A stretch of DNA of 64,000 nt. Source: the human T2T-CHM13v2.0 reference genome, Homo sapiens. The translations under genes were made by a program, and so were the position numbers. The stretch lies in NCBI RefSeq assembly GCF_009914755.1, contig NC_060936.1. The stretch is one strand, 5' to 3'. Positions 14,401-27,411 of the stretch are shown here, one piece after another. The number at the start of each line of letters is the position of its first letter. Position 1 is the first letter of the stretch. A model generated the notes under the pieces. It made no database searches. It was not told the origin of the DNA and was given only the letters and a program-made list of their open reading frames with translations.

Positions 14401-14727
14401 ACTTACCTAAACTGCCTGTGATACGGAAGCTGGACAGTGTATCTGAGCTGCCTGAGCTTAAATACAGGCACATACTTGACTCTGAAACTCAAAGATGTCT
14501 GGGATGATTTTTTGGAGCCAATGCTCATTGGTGAAGACAAAGTATGAGCTGCCTTACTGTAAACAGCTTGCCCAGGTTAGCTAGGATTTAGGGGTGGGAC
14601 AGCCAGTGAGGAATTTCACAACCCAAGATGGGCTGGATGGGTTACGAGGCTGCAAGTTCCCTGACACTGGACCTCGATGACCTTTTCAACCGTGCAGACC
14701 TGCAAGACTGCTGCTTTCACAAACTTC

Positions 14728-15060
14728 TATTTATTTCTTTTCTTTTATCTTTTTCTTTTCTTTTTTTTTTTTTTTTTGAGAGAGAATCTCACTCTGCCAC
14801 CCAGGCTGGAGTGCAGTGGCATGATCTTGGCTCACTGAAACCTTGGCCTCCCAGGTTCAAGTGATTCTCCTGCCTCAGCCTCCCAAGTAGCTGGGATTTC
14901 AGGTGCACGCCACCATGCCTGGCTAATTTTTGGATTTTTAGTAGAGACAGGATTTCACCATGTTGGCCAGGCTGATCTTGAATTCCTGACCTTAGATTAT
15001 CTGCCTGTCTCAGCCTCCCAAAGAGCTGGGATTACAGGCATGAGCCACCATGCCTGGCTG
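14728..15060 (-). mobile_element. Alu (AluS), full length
   Basis: Reverse Alu with an imperfect TSD acaaa(c/g)ttct(a/g)ttt on both sides. Confidence 0.95.
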
Positions 15061-15182
15061 ACAAAGTTCTGTTTCTATAAGGGCTACTATGCCCACAGTG
15101 TTCTGTGACCACTCCAGTTACTCTGCAATTAGTGATCTTAGTCAGAGCTTATAGAATTAATTCACAGAGTTGAGTGAATACT

Positions 15183-15441
15183 TGTCCTTAATTTCCTTGA
15201 CCTGTGCTTCGTATATTGCCTGCTGCATTCACTTAGAAGAATGACATGGTGAATGGGGCAATGAGGAAACTGCAACTTTCTATTAATGATGCAGAAGTGC
15301 CAGGTCAGAGCAGTCGTAGTGACGTCAGCATGACATAAGGACCACCGTTATGCCTTGGCCATGTGGGCCATTTAACAAGATGGTCAGCAGGGACAGCAGA
15401 GAGAAACATGGCCAGTGATGCCATTTGGAAGACCACTGGAG
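15183..15441. repeat. Left arm of 259-bp inverted repeat
   Basis: Hand alignment: position x pairs with 31561-x over 259 bp with no gaps and 17 mismatches against the reverse complement of 16120-16378. Confidence 0.97.
15320..15327. promoter_or_regulatory. Full CRE palindrome TGACGTCA (left arm)
   Basis: Exact CREB/ATF/CREM octamer with its CpG intact. Motif only. Confidence 0.4.
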
Positions 15442-16119
15442 TTTTTCACCCATGGAACTGGCGTGGGGTGAGACTAGCTTCATGCAGACCCTATGGTCTG
15501 ATCCTGTGAAAGGCACACAGGAAAATATTGATGCTCTTACCAGAAAGGGGGATTGGATTGATCCTGGGAAGGGATAGAGCACAGACAATCATCTGTCTGT
15601 TACCAAGTCTTTGCAGGCATCACTTGGATTTTGAGCATAATATACTTCTCCTTATGGATGCAGAAATATCCACTGGCTTCATGAGATTTCTACCTGCCTA
15701 CTGATTCTCAGTGTTTCTGACTACACTTCCCCATCTTCATAAATGTTCCATAAGCAGTCACCGTTTCCTCCCCATTCACTCAGTGCTAAGGCTTTGTCGC
15801 TCTAAGTGCAGTCTTCTCTGCAATGGTCACTGCTACTGACGTTCTATGGACAACAATCCCCATGTTTTTCTTTGAATTCTGCACTATTGAATGCCACATT
15901 TAAATTTCCTGGCCTGATTTTTTATTATTATCATTTCTTGTCTTATATACTGTTATATCTCTAGACTTTACACATGAGAGGTATTAAATAAATATTTTTG
16001 AATGAGTCAAAGACTTATAGCCATGTTCGACAACTCTTTTCTGATCTATGCTTTCTCTAGAGGCACCTGTCTCCTAAAGATAGACCTGAGACCACCTGGA
16101 CACCTGTGGGCCGGCCCTG

Positions 16120-16378
16120 CTCCAGTGGTCCTCCAGATGACATCACTGGCAGTGTTTCTCTCTGCTGTCCCTGTTGACCATCCTGTTAAATGGCTCACAT
16201 GGCCAGGGCATGACAGTGGTCCTTATGTCATGCTGACGTCACTGCGACTGCTCTGACTTGGCACTTCTGCATCATTAATAGCAAGTTGCAGTTTCCTCAT
16301 TGCCCCATTCACCATGTCATTCTTCTAAGTTGATGCAGCAGGCAATATACGAAGCACAGGTCAAGGAAATGAAGGACA
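16120..16378. repeat. Right arm of 259-bp inverted repeat
   Basis: Example: the reverse complement of 16261-16320 equals 15241-15300 except for one base. Confidence 0.97.
16234..16241. promoter_or_regulatory. Full CRE palindrome TGACGTCA (right arm)
   Basis: Mirror copy of 15320-15327, also intact. Motif only. Confidence 0.4.
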
Positions 16379-16521
16379 CACCATCTATCTTCCAGTGCGG
16401 ATTGGTGCATGGAAAGGACTATTTATCTATTGCCATGGCTTGGCCCAGACTAGCATGCATTTGTGCCAGAGTGCCATGGGAAGGCCATTTTCCTCTGAAC
16501 ACAAGACAGAAAGAGGAGGAG

Positions 16522-17235
16522 TGTTATGGACTAAATTGTGTCTCCTCAAAATTCATATATTGAAGCCCTAATACCCAGTATCTCAGAATGTGACTGTGTT
16601 TAGACATAGGATCTTTGCAGAGGTAAATAAAATGGGGCCATTAAGGTGGGCTACAATCCATCTTTTCTTTTTTTTTTCTTTTTATTTTAGATAGAATCTT
16701 GCTCTGTCTCAAAACAGGCTGAAGTGGAGTGCAGTGGTGCAATCACAGCGCACTGCAGCCTTGAACTCCCAGGCTCAAGTGATTTCAGTCTCCTGAGTGA
16801 GACTACAGTTATGCACCAACACACCCAGCTATTTATTTTTATTTTTTAGTAGAGACAGGAGTCTCGCTATGTGGCACAGGCTGATCTCTAACTCCTGGGC
16901 TCAAGCAATCCTCCTGTGCCAACCTCCCAAAGTGCTGGGATTACAGGCATGAGCCACCACGTCCATCCATAATCCAGTCTTACTGGTTACCTTTCAAGAA
17001 CAGATCAGGATACACAGAGAGCCACCAAGGTTGAGTGCACAGAGGAAAGGCCACGTGAGAACACAGCAAGAAGGCCACAATCTGCTCTCCAAGGAGAGAG
17101 CCTTCAGGAGAAACCAAATCTGCTGACATCTTGAATTTGAACTTCCACCCTCGAGAGCTGTGAGAAGAAAAATTTCTACTGCTCTAGGCACCCCATCTGT
17201 AGTATTTTGTTATGGCAGCCCTATCAAACTAGTAC
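16522..17235 (+). mobile_element. MLT1A-like MaLR LTR interrupted by AluJ
   Basis: Starts tgttatggactaaattgtgtctcctcaaaattcatat and ends gtattttgttatggcagccctatcaaactagtac. Confidence 0.85.
16661..16965 (-). mobile_element. AluJ
   Basis: Reverse Alu with J-type features (cactgcagccttgaactccc, ctcctgggctcaagcaatcctcc). Confidence 0.9.
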
Positions 17236-17559
17236 TGGTTGGTACATATTTCTCCCTCATTTGTACTGCCAAGTCTACCCCACTGTACAGAAAACAAACG
17301 CATGGGATATTTTTAAAAGGAAAACTTTAATAAAAGATAGGGTTATGATTCCACCTTCAGTTTTCAGGGAGATGGTGTTTACATGCTCAACACAGAGAAT
17401 CAGGAGCAGGCAAGATGGGAGATCATAGGAAAGCTGCTGCTCTCTGCCTTTGGATCTAAACTGCTTTAGTGATGAGAATTCTCTCATAGTGAAAAGATGC
17501 TTTAGATGGAAACCCTATGCCCATCACTTTCTGGAAAATGATCTTGTCTCCTTTTAATC

Positions 17560-18180
17560 CTTTTTGGATAAAGGAGATTCTGGTGGATATGTCACCTATG
17601 ATTGTTTTGCATACCATGGGTCTCTTGCATTTCTGTATGAATTTTATAACATCGGTCTCTCCAACCAAACCCACTGGAATTTTAATAAAGATCACATTGA
17701 TCTGTAGGTCAATTTGAGGATCAATTTGAGGGTTACTATCTCAACAATATTAAGGTCTTCTTATCCACTCACATGTACTTTTTCACTTATTTATACCATC
17801 TTTCACTACTTTCCATGTTTCCTAGTTTTCAGTGCAATAATTGCATTCATCTTTTATTAAATTCACTTCTATTTTTGATGCTATAATGAATAGAATTGCT
17901 TTCTTCACTTCATTTTGGAATATTCATTGCTAACCTGTAGAAATGCATTTGAATTTTGTATATTAATCTTGTATCCTGAAATTTTACAGAACTCATTCAT
18001 CAATTTGAGTAATTCATCCATGAATCTGTTAAGATTTTTACATATAACATCATGTCATCTACAAATAGACATTGTTTTATTATTTTTTTCTTTCAAATCT
18101 GAATACCTTTTTAATTATTATTATTTTTCCCTAATTGTGCTGGTAGAACTGCCAGCAAAATGTTAAATAGAAGTGGTGGG
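17560..18180 (-). mobile_element. Old L1M ORF2 fragment
   Basis: Degenerate antisense L1: ctggaattttaataaagatcacattgatctgtagg...ttgtatattaatcttgtatcctgaaa...aatgttaaatagaagtggtg. Confidence 0.7.
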
Positions 18181-19034
18181 CCTGGTCGCCTTTTTCTAGT
18201 TCTTGATTTAAAACCTTAATCTACTTATTTCAGCCTCTATGCTTCCTCAAGGAGAGTTTCTATTGACTGTTTTGTTTTACCTCTGTGCATGGGTCATACT
18301 TTACCTTTTTTTCGATATCTTATTCTTTGTTGAAAATTGTACATTTAAAATAATATAATATGAGAACCATGAAAACCAGATCTCCCTCCACCCACACCCC
18401 TGCTGAGGACAGGACTTTTCTCTCTGAGCAAGTGCTCAGTCAGTTCAAATAAACATAAGATCTATAGTGGAGTTTTTCAGGGAGCTGACAGTTCCAGTGA
18501 TGACAGTTATCTGAGATTTGAGACTTTGGGGAGCTCTAAACCCAGTTTACCCCTCCAGTGGCTGCTCTGGTGTGGTTTCTAAAGCTACCGTATTTGTGAG
18601 ACTACTTATTTCAAAGGATATGGTGGAACTGGGGAGAGAATGATGGGGATAGAGAATATTAAAATGCCCCACAACTCACTGGTTTTACCGCATTCAACAA
18701 TTTATCTTGAATAAACTCTTCTCAGATTGTTGCAAGACTTTGATTAATTTCTAGAGTCCTGAAAAGGGTGATTTTGGCCACTTTGGGCAGTGTTCTCACT
18801 ACTTTTTTGGTTGAGTGGATTTTTGGAAGGTTTTACTCCATCATTCAGGACACGCTTCCTGGTATTTGTCTTTCAGGTTGCATGGAAGAGACATGCCTCA
18901 TAATTAGCAATAAATAATTGTGGTTGGGTATTAAGAAGTTATGAAAGCCATTCGTTTTTCTAGGTGCCTCTGTTTCTCTCAGTTTTGAACTCTCTTGAAA
19001 GGGAAAACAGGTATGGGCAAGTTTCTTATATCAT

Positions 19035-19510
19035 TAATTCATTCATTCATGCATTCAGTAATTATTTATTCAGCTGGTAATGATTCCCTCTGCTCCATGC
19101 ACTGGGCATTATGTTAGGCATGGTGAGTAAGGAAGACAAGGGCTTGGCACTCATGGAGCTAACACTCTGGAGAAAGACAGAAAATCAACAAGTGGATGCA
19201 GAAGCAACAGAGTGATTGTAGCTAATAGTGTGTGCTATGAAGAAAATCAAAGAGTCATGTGATAGAGAGTGGTTGAGGATAGAGTAGGGGGCACAATTGT
19301 AAGTTGAGCGTCAAGGAAGGCCACTCCAGGAGTTGAGACTTGGGAAAAGTGATTGGCTATGAGTGCATCTGGGTGGGGTGTGAGGTGGGGGCTGCTCCAA
19401 GACATCTGCAAGCAATGGCAAATGTCCCAGGGCATAAATAACCTTGACTTGTCTTAGGGACAGAGAGAGGATTATTGGCTCAAGTGGAGAGAAAGGGAGA
19501 AGATAACAGA
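19035..19510 (-). mobile_element. L2 3' fragment
   Basis: attcattcattcat...atttattcag...ctcatggagctaacactct...tcaaggaaggccactcc. Confidence 0.6.
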
Positions 19511-22500
19511 TGTCCTCAATGGGGATTTCCTGTTGGAGAGAGGCACATAAGTACCTTCTCCTGTGAGTTACCTGGTATGGCTTGCTTTCTACAGATGAGC
19601 CACCTGAGACTTGCTGAAGGAAAAGCTTCTTCCACCAGCTCAACAATGACTATTAAGCTTTAAATGTCACATCCTTTGACTCAGCATGTCTCTGTTTACA
19701 TTAATTCCACAGATACTATAGGAAATGGTGCACCCAAGCCTTTGTTCAAGGATGCACGTTACCTCACTGTATGTAGCAGGAACAGAGTGCAAACAATGTA
19801 AATGTTCACCAGTAGGAGTCACCTGGGTAAAACATGGAGGAACTGGTTCTAAAACAGAGGACCAAAGAATCATTTAAAAATTTCAATATACACATATTTT
19901 TTGTGCTGATATTTTCCAAGAAAGTTTAAGTATAAAAAGTAAGTGTAGAACACTATAAAGTTTAAAAGTATTTATGTAAAAAATAGGATATATTAATACG
20001 TGTGCAATTTTATGTGTGAATCTATCTCTTATCTGTAAACAAATGGGGAGGTAAACTATTATATAAATTTATTATATAAATAATATAATACTGGCTTCAA
20101 GAGTAATAATGAGACTTTCATACATACACACATGCATACATATATACCTACATACCCGCATACAAACATATATAAGGATGTACATACATAAAGAAATGAG
20201 AGCAAAATAAATGCCCGTTTTCTTACAACCTAGCTTAAGAACTAGGATATCACCAATGTGAGCCTATTTTTTATTGGATAATTGTTAGTGCTTTTATTTT
20301 TTTCAGCATGTACATACATTACATTTCAAGAACTAAAATATCAAGAAATAAAAAGAAGATAATATGAGACATTATAATAGGAGGATATGTCACTTAAGAC
20401 AAAAATAAAATATGAATCCAAATATATATGACTTTTCAAGGTTACAAGTAACAGAAACATATTTTGGACCTGCCTCTGTGGCACCAGACTCTGCTGTTTC
20501 CACTGCCCGTGTTGCTGGCCTGAGGAGCCCAGGTGCCGTCAACAGCTCTTCAGACCTCTGGGATAGATGCTTTATCCTGATGTTCATCCTGGAATGAGCA
20601 TCATTGCTGAAAAGTCTTGGCCAGGCAATGACCTCCCGTCTAATGAGGCTGCTGGTTGAAGACATGTGTTAGAATCCCTTTTGCAGGTTTTACTTTTGAT
20701 TCAATTATGAAAGAATAGATGAGTGAGAGAGAAAAAACAATCCTGAAGAAACAAAGCCTGTGGATTCGAAAAATCTATCAGCATATTTGGGCAGGGTGAG
20801 CAAGATTTGCCCTGGCCAGTACCTCCCTGGGAAGTTCCAGCAGGAAGGCAGGTAAGGATGGGAAATGGTGCACCACAATTTTTTGATATGCTTTGAGGCA
20901 GCTCATTGTGTTCAATTAAACATGATTTCTATATGTAGCACGTGATTTATAGAAACCCAAACAGAAATGTCTGTAGGGGAAACAACAGCTTCTACTTTAA
21001 TACTTAGCAGGTGCATTGCCAGCATGAGCTGCCTCAAGTTCAGTTACTCCATCACTGGCTGTTTCCTTGTGCTGAAGGCAGAGGAAGGCAAGTTAGGAAA
21101 CAGATCATCCTGCCTGCCTGCTGCTGAAAACTGGATGGAAGGCATCTGGTCCAGCTGCCACTTTGGCCATTGTCTGCCTCTGAGTAGAGGAGGTTGAGGA
21201 ATAAACATGCTGGAGGAAAAGCAGGAGACACCCATTAAGAAAATTATATCCTAATTTATGACAATCCAGACTGAAAAGAGGCCAAGCCAAGGAGAGGAGG
21301 TTTGAGAGAGGAAGCATGACATGTCCCTGACCACACTTGAGCTCCAGGCTCCAGCTGTTCCTGAAGCTGGCACTGTTTTAGACATTTTTAATTATCCAAG
21401 ATGCTCAGTGTTCTTGTCGCTTCAGCTTTCCTGAGTTGGGTCTCTACCACTTGCAAACTCCTCAGCTCTCTAATCCTGACTATTACAACCCCACTACCCT
21501 GCCAGACTCCCATTTTTCCTAAATCAGGAACATTTAATTAAGGGCAAATATAATCAAATGCCTATATTTGGTGGTCTTTTAAATCCACCCCAATCTCAGA
21601 GTGAGTTTATTCATGTTAATGACCCTTGGAATCCCTGAAGCCCTGCACTCAATTAAGAAATGGGTGGGGTGGGGTTTGATGTCTCTCTAGTCTAGGGTCC
21701 ATTGGGTGTATCCAAGACACATCTTACTTTACAGAAATCCAGAGTTCAATGGGGCAACTTACCCAAGCCACATTATCACACTTTAATCTTTTATATGACA
21801 ATAGTTGTATGTATTAGCCATACTCATGGCATTGACGGATACAGTTTTCATCTTGGAGCCAGAATGACACAAATCTATATAAGGTAAAACAATAATAAAA
21901 AGGCAAAAATCAATGAAAGCAATAGCCTGTGGGCTCATAAATCAGAAAAGAAAATGTACAGTTCTACAGAACTCCAGCCTGTTAGCCCAAAGCCAAGGGA
22001 AATGGACTCTCAGAGAAACCTTGTCCTCAGGTGCAGTGGAAATAATCCAGGGGTTAGAAGTCAGGAAATTCAGGACTATAATAACTCAGCTGTGTGGTAT
22101 TGGGGAATTCACATAAACTGGCTCTAATATTCTATGTGTAAGTGGAGGCAAACATACCAATCTTTACACTTTCTCTAGGGTTACATGAAGAGATATTACA
22201 ATATTTGAAAGTTCTCTGACACATCATAAGTTTGCTATAGAAATGTTGCATAATGTATAAAGTAGATTTGCATTTAAATAATGTGATCAGTGTTCCAGAA
22301 AGACCTTTACAATACAATTTATCAAATAGGTTTGACACACAGTAAGAAGTGTATTTTATATTGCCCATCAGTTAACACTCAATTAATATTAGAATAAAAT
22401 TAAGTTATACAGAAACATGCTAACAGTTATTATGTAGGGCTTCACTCCTCTAGTTTATTGGTTTCTGCTTTGTTTTTCCATTCTACTGTCCCCCATCTTA

Positions 22501-22519
22501 TTTTATGCTATTCTTATAT

Positions 22520-22900
22520 TACCAAGATAAGCCAAATGATGCTGTATTAATAAACACTCCTAGTGTCTCAATCAGGTAAACAACAAGTTTATTCCTTGTT
22601 TGTGCTGATGTCTGCCACAGGTGGCTGGGGCTTTGCTTAGCATTGTCCTCCTTCTAGAAGCTTCAGGGTCATTCTGGATTCTTTAGCCAGCATATTGACA
22701 GTTGTTATAGTAGAATGTGAGAAAGCTCTCCCAAGTCATATTGGCATGTGAATGTTCTGGCCTGGAAACTAATCACATTATTTCTTTATTCATCCCTCAG
22801 CCAGTTTTAGTCACGTGCTTCTACCCAACCCTAAAGTGGTCAGGAGGTCACGTCAGTCATGTGGCCTGAAGCGAACTGGAAATACCTGGCTCCTGACAAC
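22520..22900 (-). mobile_element. Old MLT1 (J/K-like) LTR fragment
   Basis: atgctgtattaataaacactcc...aacaacaagtttattcc...tagtcacgtgcttctacccaacc. Confidence 0.45.
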
Positions 22901-23261
22901 CATGCCTGGTGATCATCACCTCTCTATTCTGAGTTAAGAACTGTTCTCTTTTAGGACCAACTAAAGTTGATTTCATTGCTCACTAATGGTTGTAATCTAT
23001 AGCATACAATTTCTTCTCTGTGTCTACCTGACTTTTAAGCTAAAACTGAACTGCTGAGAAGATAATCTTCTGTGAGGCAGAAAGTACCCATGAGAGTGGG
23101 AATAGGTGTGTGAGAACCTAGAGACAGACAAAGGGCTTGGCACATGCCAGAAACTACAGAAAAATGGAGTGAGCACAGGACAAAGTCGTAGGAAATGAGA
23201 TCGCAGAGACAGGCAGGATCTCAAGCAGGCAACAATGTTCTCCTAGGGCAAAATTACTGAA

Positions 23262-23960
23262 GATTTTTGTATATTGCATGTATTTAAGGTACACAACAGA
23301 TTGTGTTGATACATACACATGGTTACTAGAGTCAACAAAATTAGCATGCCTATCACTTCACTCAGTTACCTTTTTCTTTTTTTTTTTTTAATGTCAAGAG
23401 TATCTAAAATCTACTCTCAGCAATTTTTTTTTTTTTTTAGATGGAGTCTGGCTGGCTGTCGTTCAGGCTGGAGTGCACTGGTGTGATCTCAGCTCACTGC
23501 AACCTCCGCCTCCTGAGTTCAAGCAATTCTCCTGCCTCAGCCTCCGGAGTATCTGGGATTAGACGCATGCGCAACCACGCCCGCCTGATTTTTGTATTTT
23601 AGTAGAGACAGGGTTTCGTCATGTTGGCCAGGCTAGTCTCAAACTCCTGACCTCAGGTGATCTGACCTCCTTGGCATCCCAAAGTGCTGGGATTACAGGC
23701 GTGAGCCACCACACCCAGCCTTCTCAGCAAATTTTTAGTACACAATATTGTACTCTATTACTAACCACAGTTCTTATGCTATCCATTAGTTGTCTAGATT
23801 TATTCATCCTCCATAAATGTATCTTTCTACCCTTTGACCTGCATCTCTCCTCCCTTCCTCACTCCTGGTGACCACTTTTCTATTCTGTTTTTATATATGC
23901 AAACTTTTTAAAAATATTTCACATGTAAGTAAGATTATGCAGTATATTTCTTTCTGTGTC
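23262..23960 (-). mobile_element. L1MA-type 3' end interrupted by an Alu
   Basis: tgtatttaaggtacacaac...atctactctcagcaa...atttcacatgtaagtaagattatgcagtatatttctttctgtgtctggc. Confidence 0.75.
23424..23720 (-). mobile_element. Alu (AluS)
   Basis: Reverse Alu, TSD tctcagcaa.ttt on both flanks. Confidence 0.95.
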
Positions 23961-24027
23961 TGGCCTATTTTACTACTTTTAAGTAGAGGAGAAGCATGTT
24001 CTGATATATATTTAAGACAACTAATTG

Positions 24028-24354
24028 GGGTTGGGTGCCATGGTTCACACCTGTAATCTCAGCACTTTGGGAGTATGAGGAGGAAGGATTGCTTGAAGCC
24101 AGGGGTTCAAGACCAGCCTGGGCAACAAACCAAGACTCTGTGTCTACAAAAAAATTTGAAAAATTAGTTGGGCACTCTGGCATGCTCCTGTAGTACTTGG
24201 GAGGCTGAGGCAGGAGGATCACTTGAGCCCAGGAATTTGGAGGCTGCAGCAAGCTGTGATTATTCTAAGCTGTGATTGTTCCACTGCACTCCAACTATAG
24301 TTTGAGTGATAGAGCAAGAACCTGTCTCTAAAAAAATAAAATTAAAAAAAAAAA
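24028..24354 (+). mobile_element. AluJ
   Basis: Forward degenerate Alu (aggattgcttgaagccagg, ggatcacttgagcccagg) with a small internal duplication of aagctgtgatt. Confidence 0.9.
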
Positions 24355-24626
24355 CTACTTGGATGCCTGGTGGAAGTGTGGGGAATGGAATGGAGATTGC
24401 AAGGGAGGCTGGGGTAACCATCCAGGTGAGAGATGAAGCTGCTTGTTGGAGGAGGCAGTGGAAGTGTCAACAGGGTGCATGATAAGAGCCCTTCTCAAGG
24501 CACTAGCTCACATCTTGCTGTAACCTGAGTTGACATGAGAGTAAAGCCTTTGTAGACTTCAGACTGAACTGTGACTTAGAAATAAAGCACCATTGGTCCG
24601 TTATGTTTATGTTAAGGGATTCCCTC

Positions 24627-24984
24627 TGTATTAGTCCATTTTCACACTGCTGATAAAGACATACCCGAGATGGGGTAATTTATAAAGAAAAAGAGGTTTA
24701 ATGGACTCACAGTTCCATGCGGCTGGGGAGGCCTCACAATCATGGTAGAAGGTGAAAGACACTTCTTACATGGCAGCAGCAAGAGAGAAAATGAGAATCA
24801 ATCAAAAGGTGTTCCTCCTTATAGAACCGTTAGATCTTGTGAGACTTACTACCACAAGAAGAGTAGGGGGAAACTGACTCCATGATTCAATTATCTCCCA
24901 CCAGGTCCCTCCCACAACACATGGGAATTATGGGAGCTACAATTCAAGATGAGATTTGGGTGGAGACACAGCCAAACCATATCA
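24627..24984 (-). mobile_element. THE1 (B/C-like) solo LTR
   Basis: tgtattagtccattttcacactgctgataaagacatacc...gacacagccaaaccatatca. 5-bp TSD CCCTC at 24622-24626 / 24985-24989. Confidence 0.95.
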
Positions 24985-26437
24985 CCCTCTATAGCTGCCT
25001 TCAGCCAACAGGACATGGTTAGTCACAGGGACAATTCTAAAAAAAACCCCCCTAAGCTACGTATGGAAAGTCACTGCATAAAACACACTTTGACAGCTGT
25101 TGTGACATATTGTTTATCATTGTGAGTCTTTAAAAAAAATGCTTGTCGTGATAACAAGCCGCCTGCTGAACAGCTGCCAAGAAATGTTAAGGTTAATCTC
25201 CTTTATTAATGAAGAGAAGTGTTTCTCTGTGTGCCTGCCTCCCTGCATCTGTGACACTACAGCTGAGGAAGTTCAGACTCTTATAACCACCCAGGCAGCA
25301 AACGTCTTCCTTTCAGACCCAGAAACTCTAGCCATTTAGCAAATCCTTTCAAATGAGCAGAGTTCCATCAACTGTAGAGTAAGAACAGACAGAATAGGGA
25401 GAGAAAACCAATCACATGAAAGAGTTATAGAAGAGCTGAGGGAAATTCTTAGATCTTAGACATTCAAGTGCATTTCAGGAACACTTATTTACATATCCCC
25501 AAATGGACTTCAATTTTGCCACAGTCAATTCTCATTTAACCTGCTTGATTTAAACGAAACCCTCAGGCCTTTGGGGAGCTTCATTTTTAATGAGGAAAAG
25601 AATGCCATTCTTTAAGGTTGTTTAAGGTATTACAAGAATTTAGAAGAAGAAACACTCCATTTAAAAATATTTGTTAATTCAGCATGTTGGAACTGTAGAA
25701 ACACCAGGTGAGCTGATTTTGCCTGCATATTCCTGGACTCTCAACTCCTAGAGAGTGATTTAGGAAGTCTGTGTATGTCCTTGAAACCCTCAGTTGTGTT
25801 AAAATACCCCTGGTGAGTCTAATAGAGGGCTTCCCAGAACGAACGCACTCTGAAAACAATAATTTAGATTTACAATTGGTCAGTGGCTGCTCAAAACATT
25901 ATTGGTGCCATTATCCTCATATTGCTACTATATGGCTAAAAAAAAATTATAGACAGATGATAAAAAAGGAAGCAAATCCATCTCTATTAATTTCAAATCC
26001 TAAGCCTTTTCCATGAAACTCCAGTTTTCTATGTTGGGACCATTTTTCCATCATTACATAAGTGATGAGGGAATCATTTATTCAAGCAAAATAATTTAAT
26101 TTTTCAAAGCAAATGTTTTAATTGGGAAATTGATGCACATCCATGGCTAAAATTGGTTAAATGAAGATAAGCACATAGAAGATAATAATTTTTACTTAAC
26201 ATCCTATTACCTAGAGAGAATTGCTGTTAACTCTATTATAAAGTAATAATAGGCTGTATCTGTGAGGTTAAGATGGAATGAGCATTTCCTGCACTACCAA
26301 GGAGACAGTGGAATTGTGACCTTCTACAGAAAATGTTGGCAATGTGTGGCAAAAGACTTAAAAACATTCACGAGTTGTTATCTATTTCCAGTTGTTATCT
26401 ATTTATCTCTTTTTCTCTGTATCCATTCCTGTTTTAA

Positions 26438-26869
<432 letters not shown>

Positions 26870-27411
26870 TCTAAGAAAGATTTTGATGTGTCATCATATC
26901 TCAGCCTGTGGTTGAGGTATACTTTATCTAATTTCCACTACTGAATATTAAGGAGGTTTCCAGAGTTTGGAGATTATAAGCAATGCTGTGGTAAGATGCC
27001 GTGATACAGCTTTGCCTGCCTCTATGGTTACTTCTCTATGATTATTATTTACATTGGAATCACAGGTACAAAGCATCTCCAAACCCTGGAAACCTCCTCA
27101 TGTGATGACTGCTAAGGTTTTGACTATATCTTGCCAACATATTCTGCAAAAAGTTGTACCTGTGCATGTTCTTATTGGCAGGATATTCCAATTTATTGTA
27201 ACCTTGCAGCTACAATTAGATGAAAAATGTTTGTCACATTTGTTTGGATTTATTTAATTAAAAGAGAAGAGAAACGGTAATGTTTATTTATTAATGATTT
27301 GAATCCTTTCATTAAAAATGTGCAATTGTTAAAACCACATTGAACAGAAGGAAGTAGGATCTGTATAAAGGATGTACAGTTTATGATTCTGCTGCCTATT
27401 TGGTTATCTGT

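Noticed and set aside
15183-16378. Inverted repeat as a known DNA transposon or a miRNA precursor
   Set aside because: I see no TSD, no transposase remnant and no terminal motif I recognise, and it is far longer than a pre-miRNA. A Dfam search is still needed to exclude this fully.
16432-16460. Weak direct similarity to 15450-15485 (ccatgg...agactagc..tgc) as an extension of the inverted-repeat event
   Set aside because: Too short and gapped to distinguish from chance.
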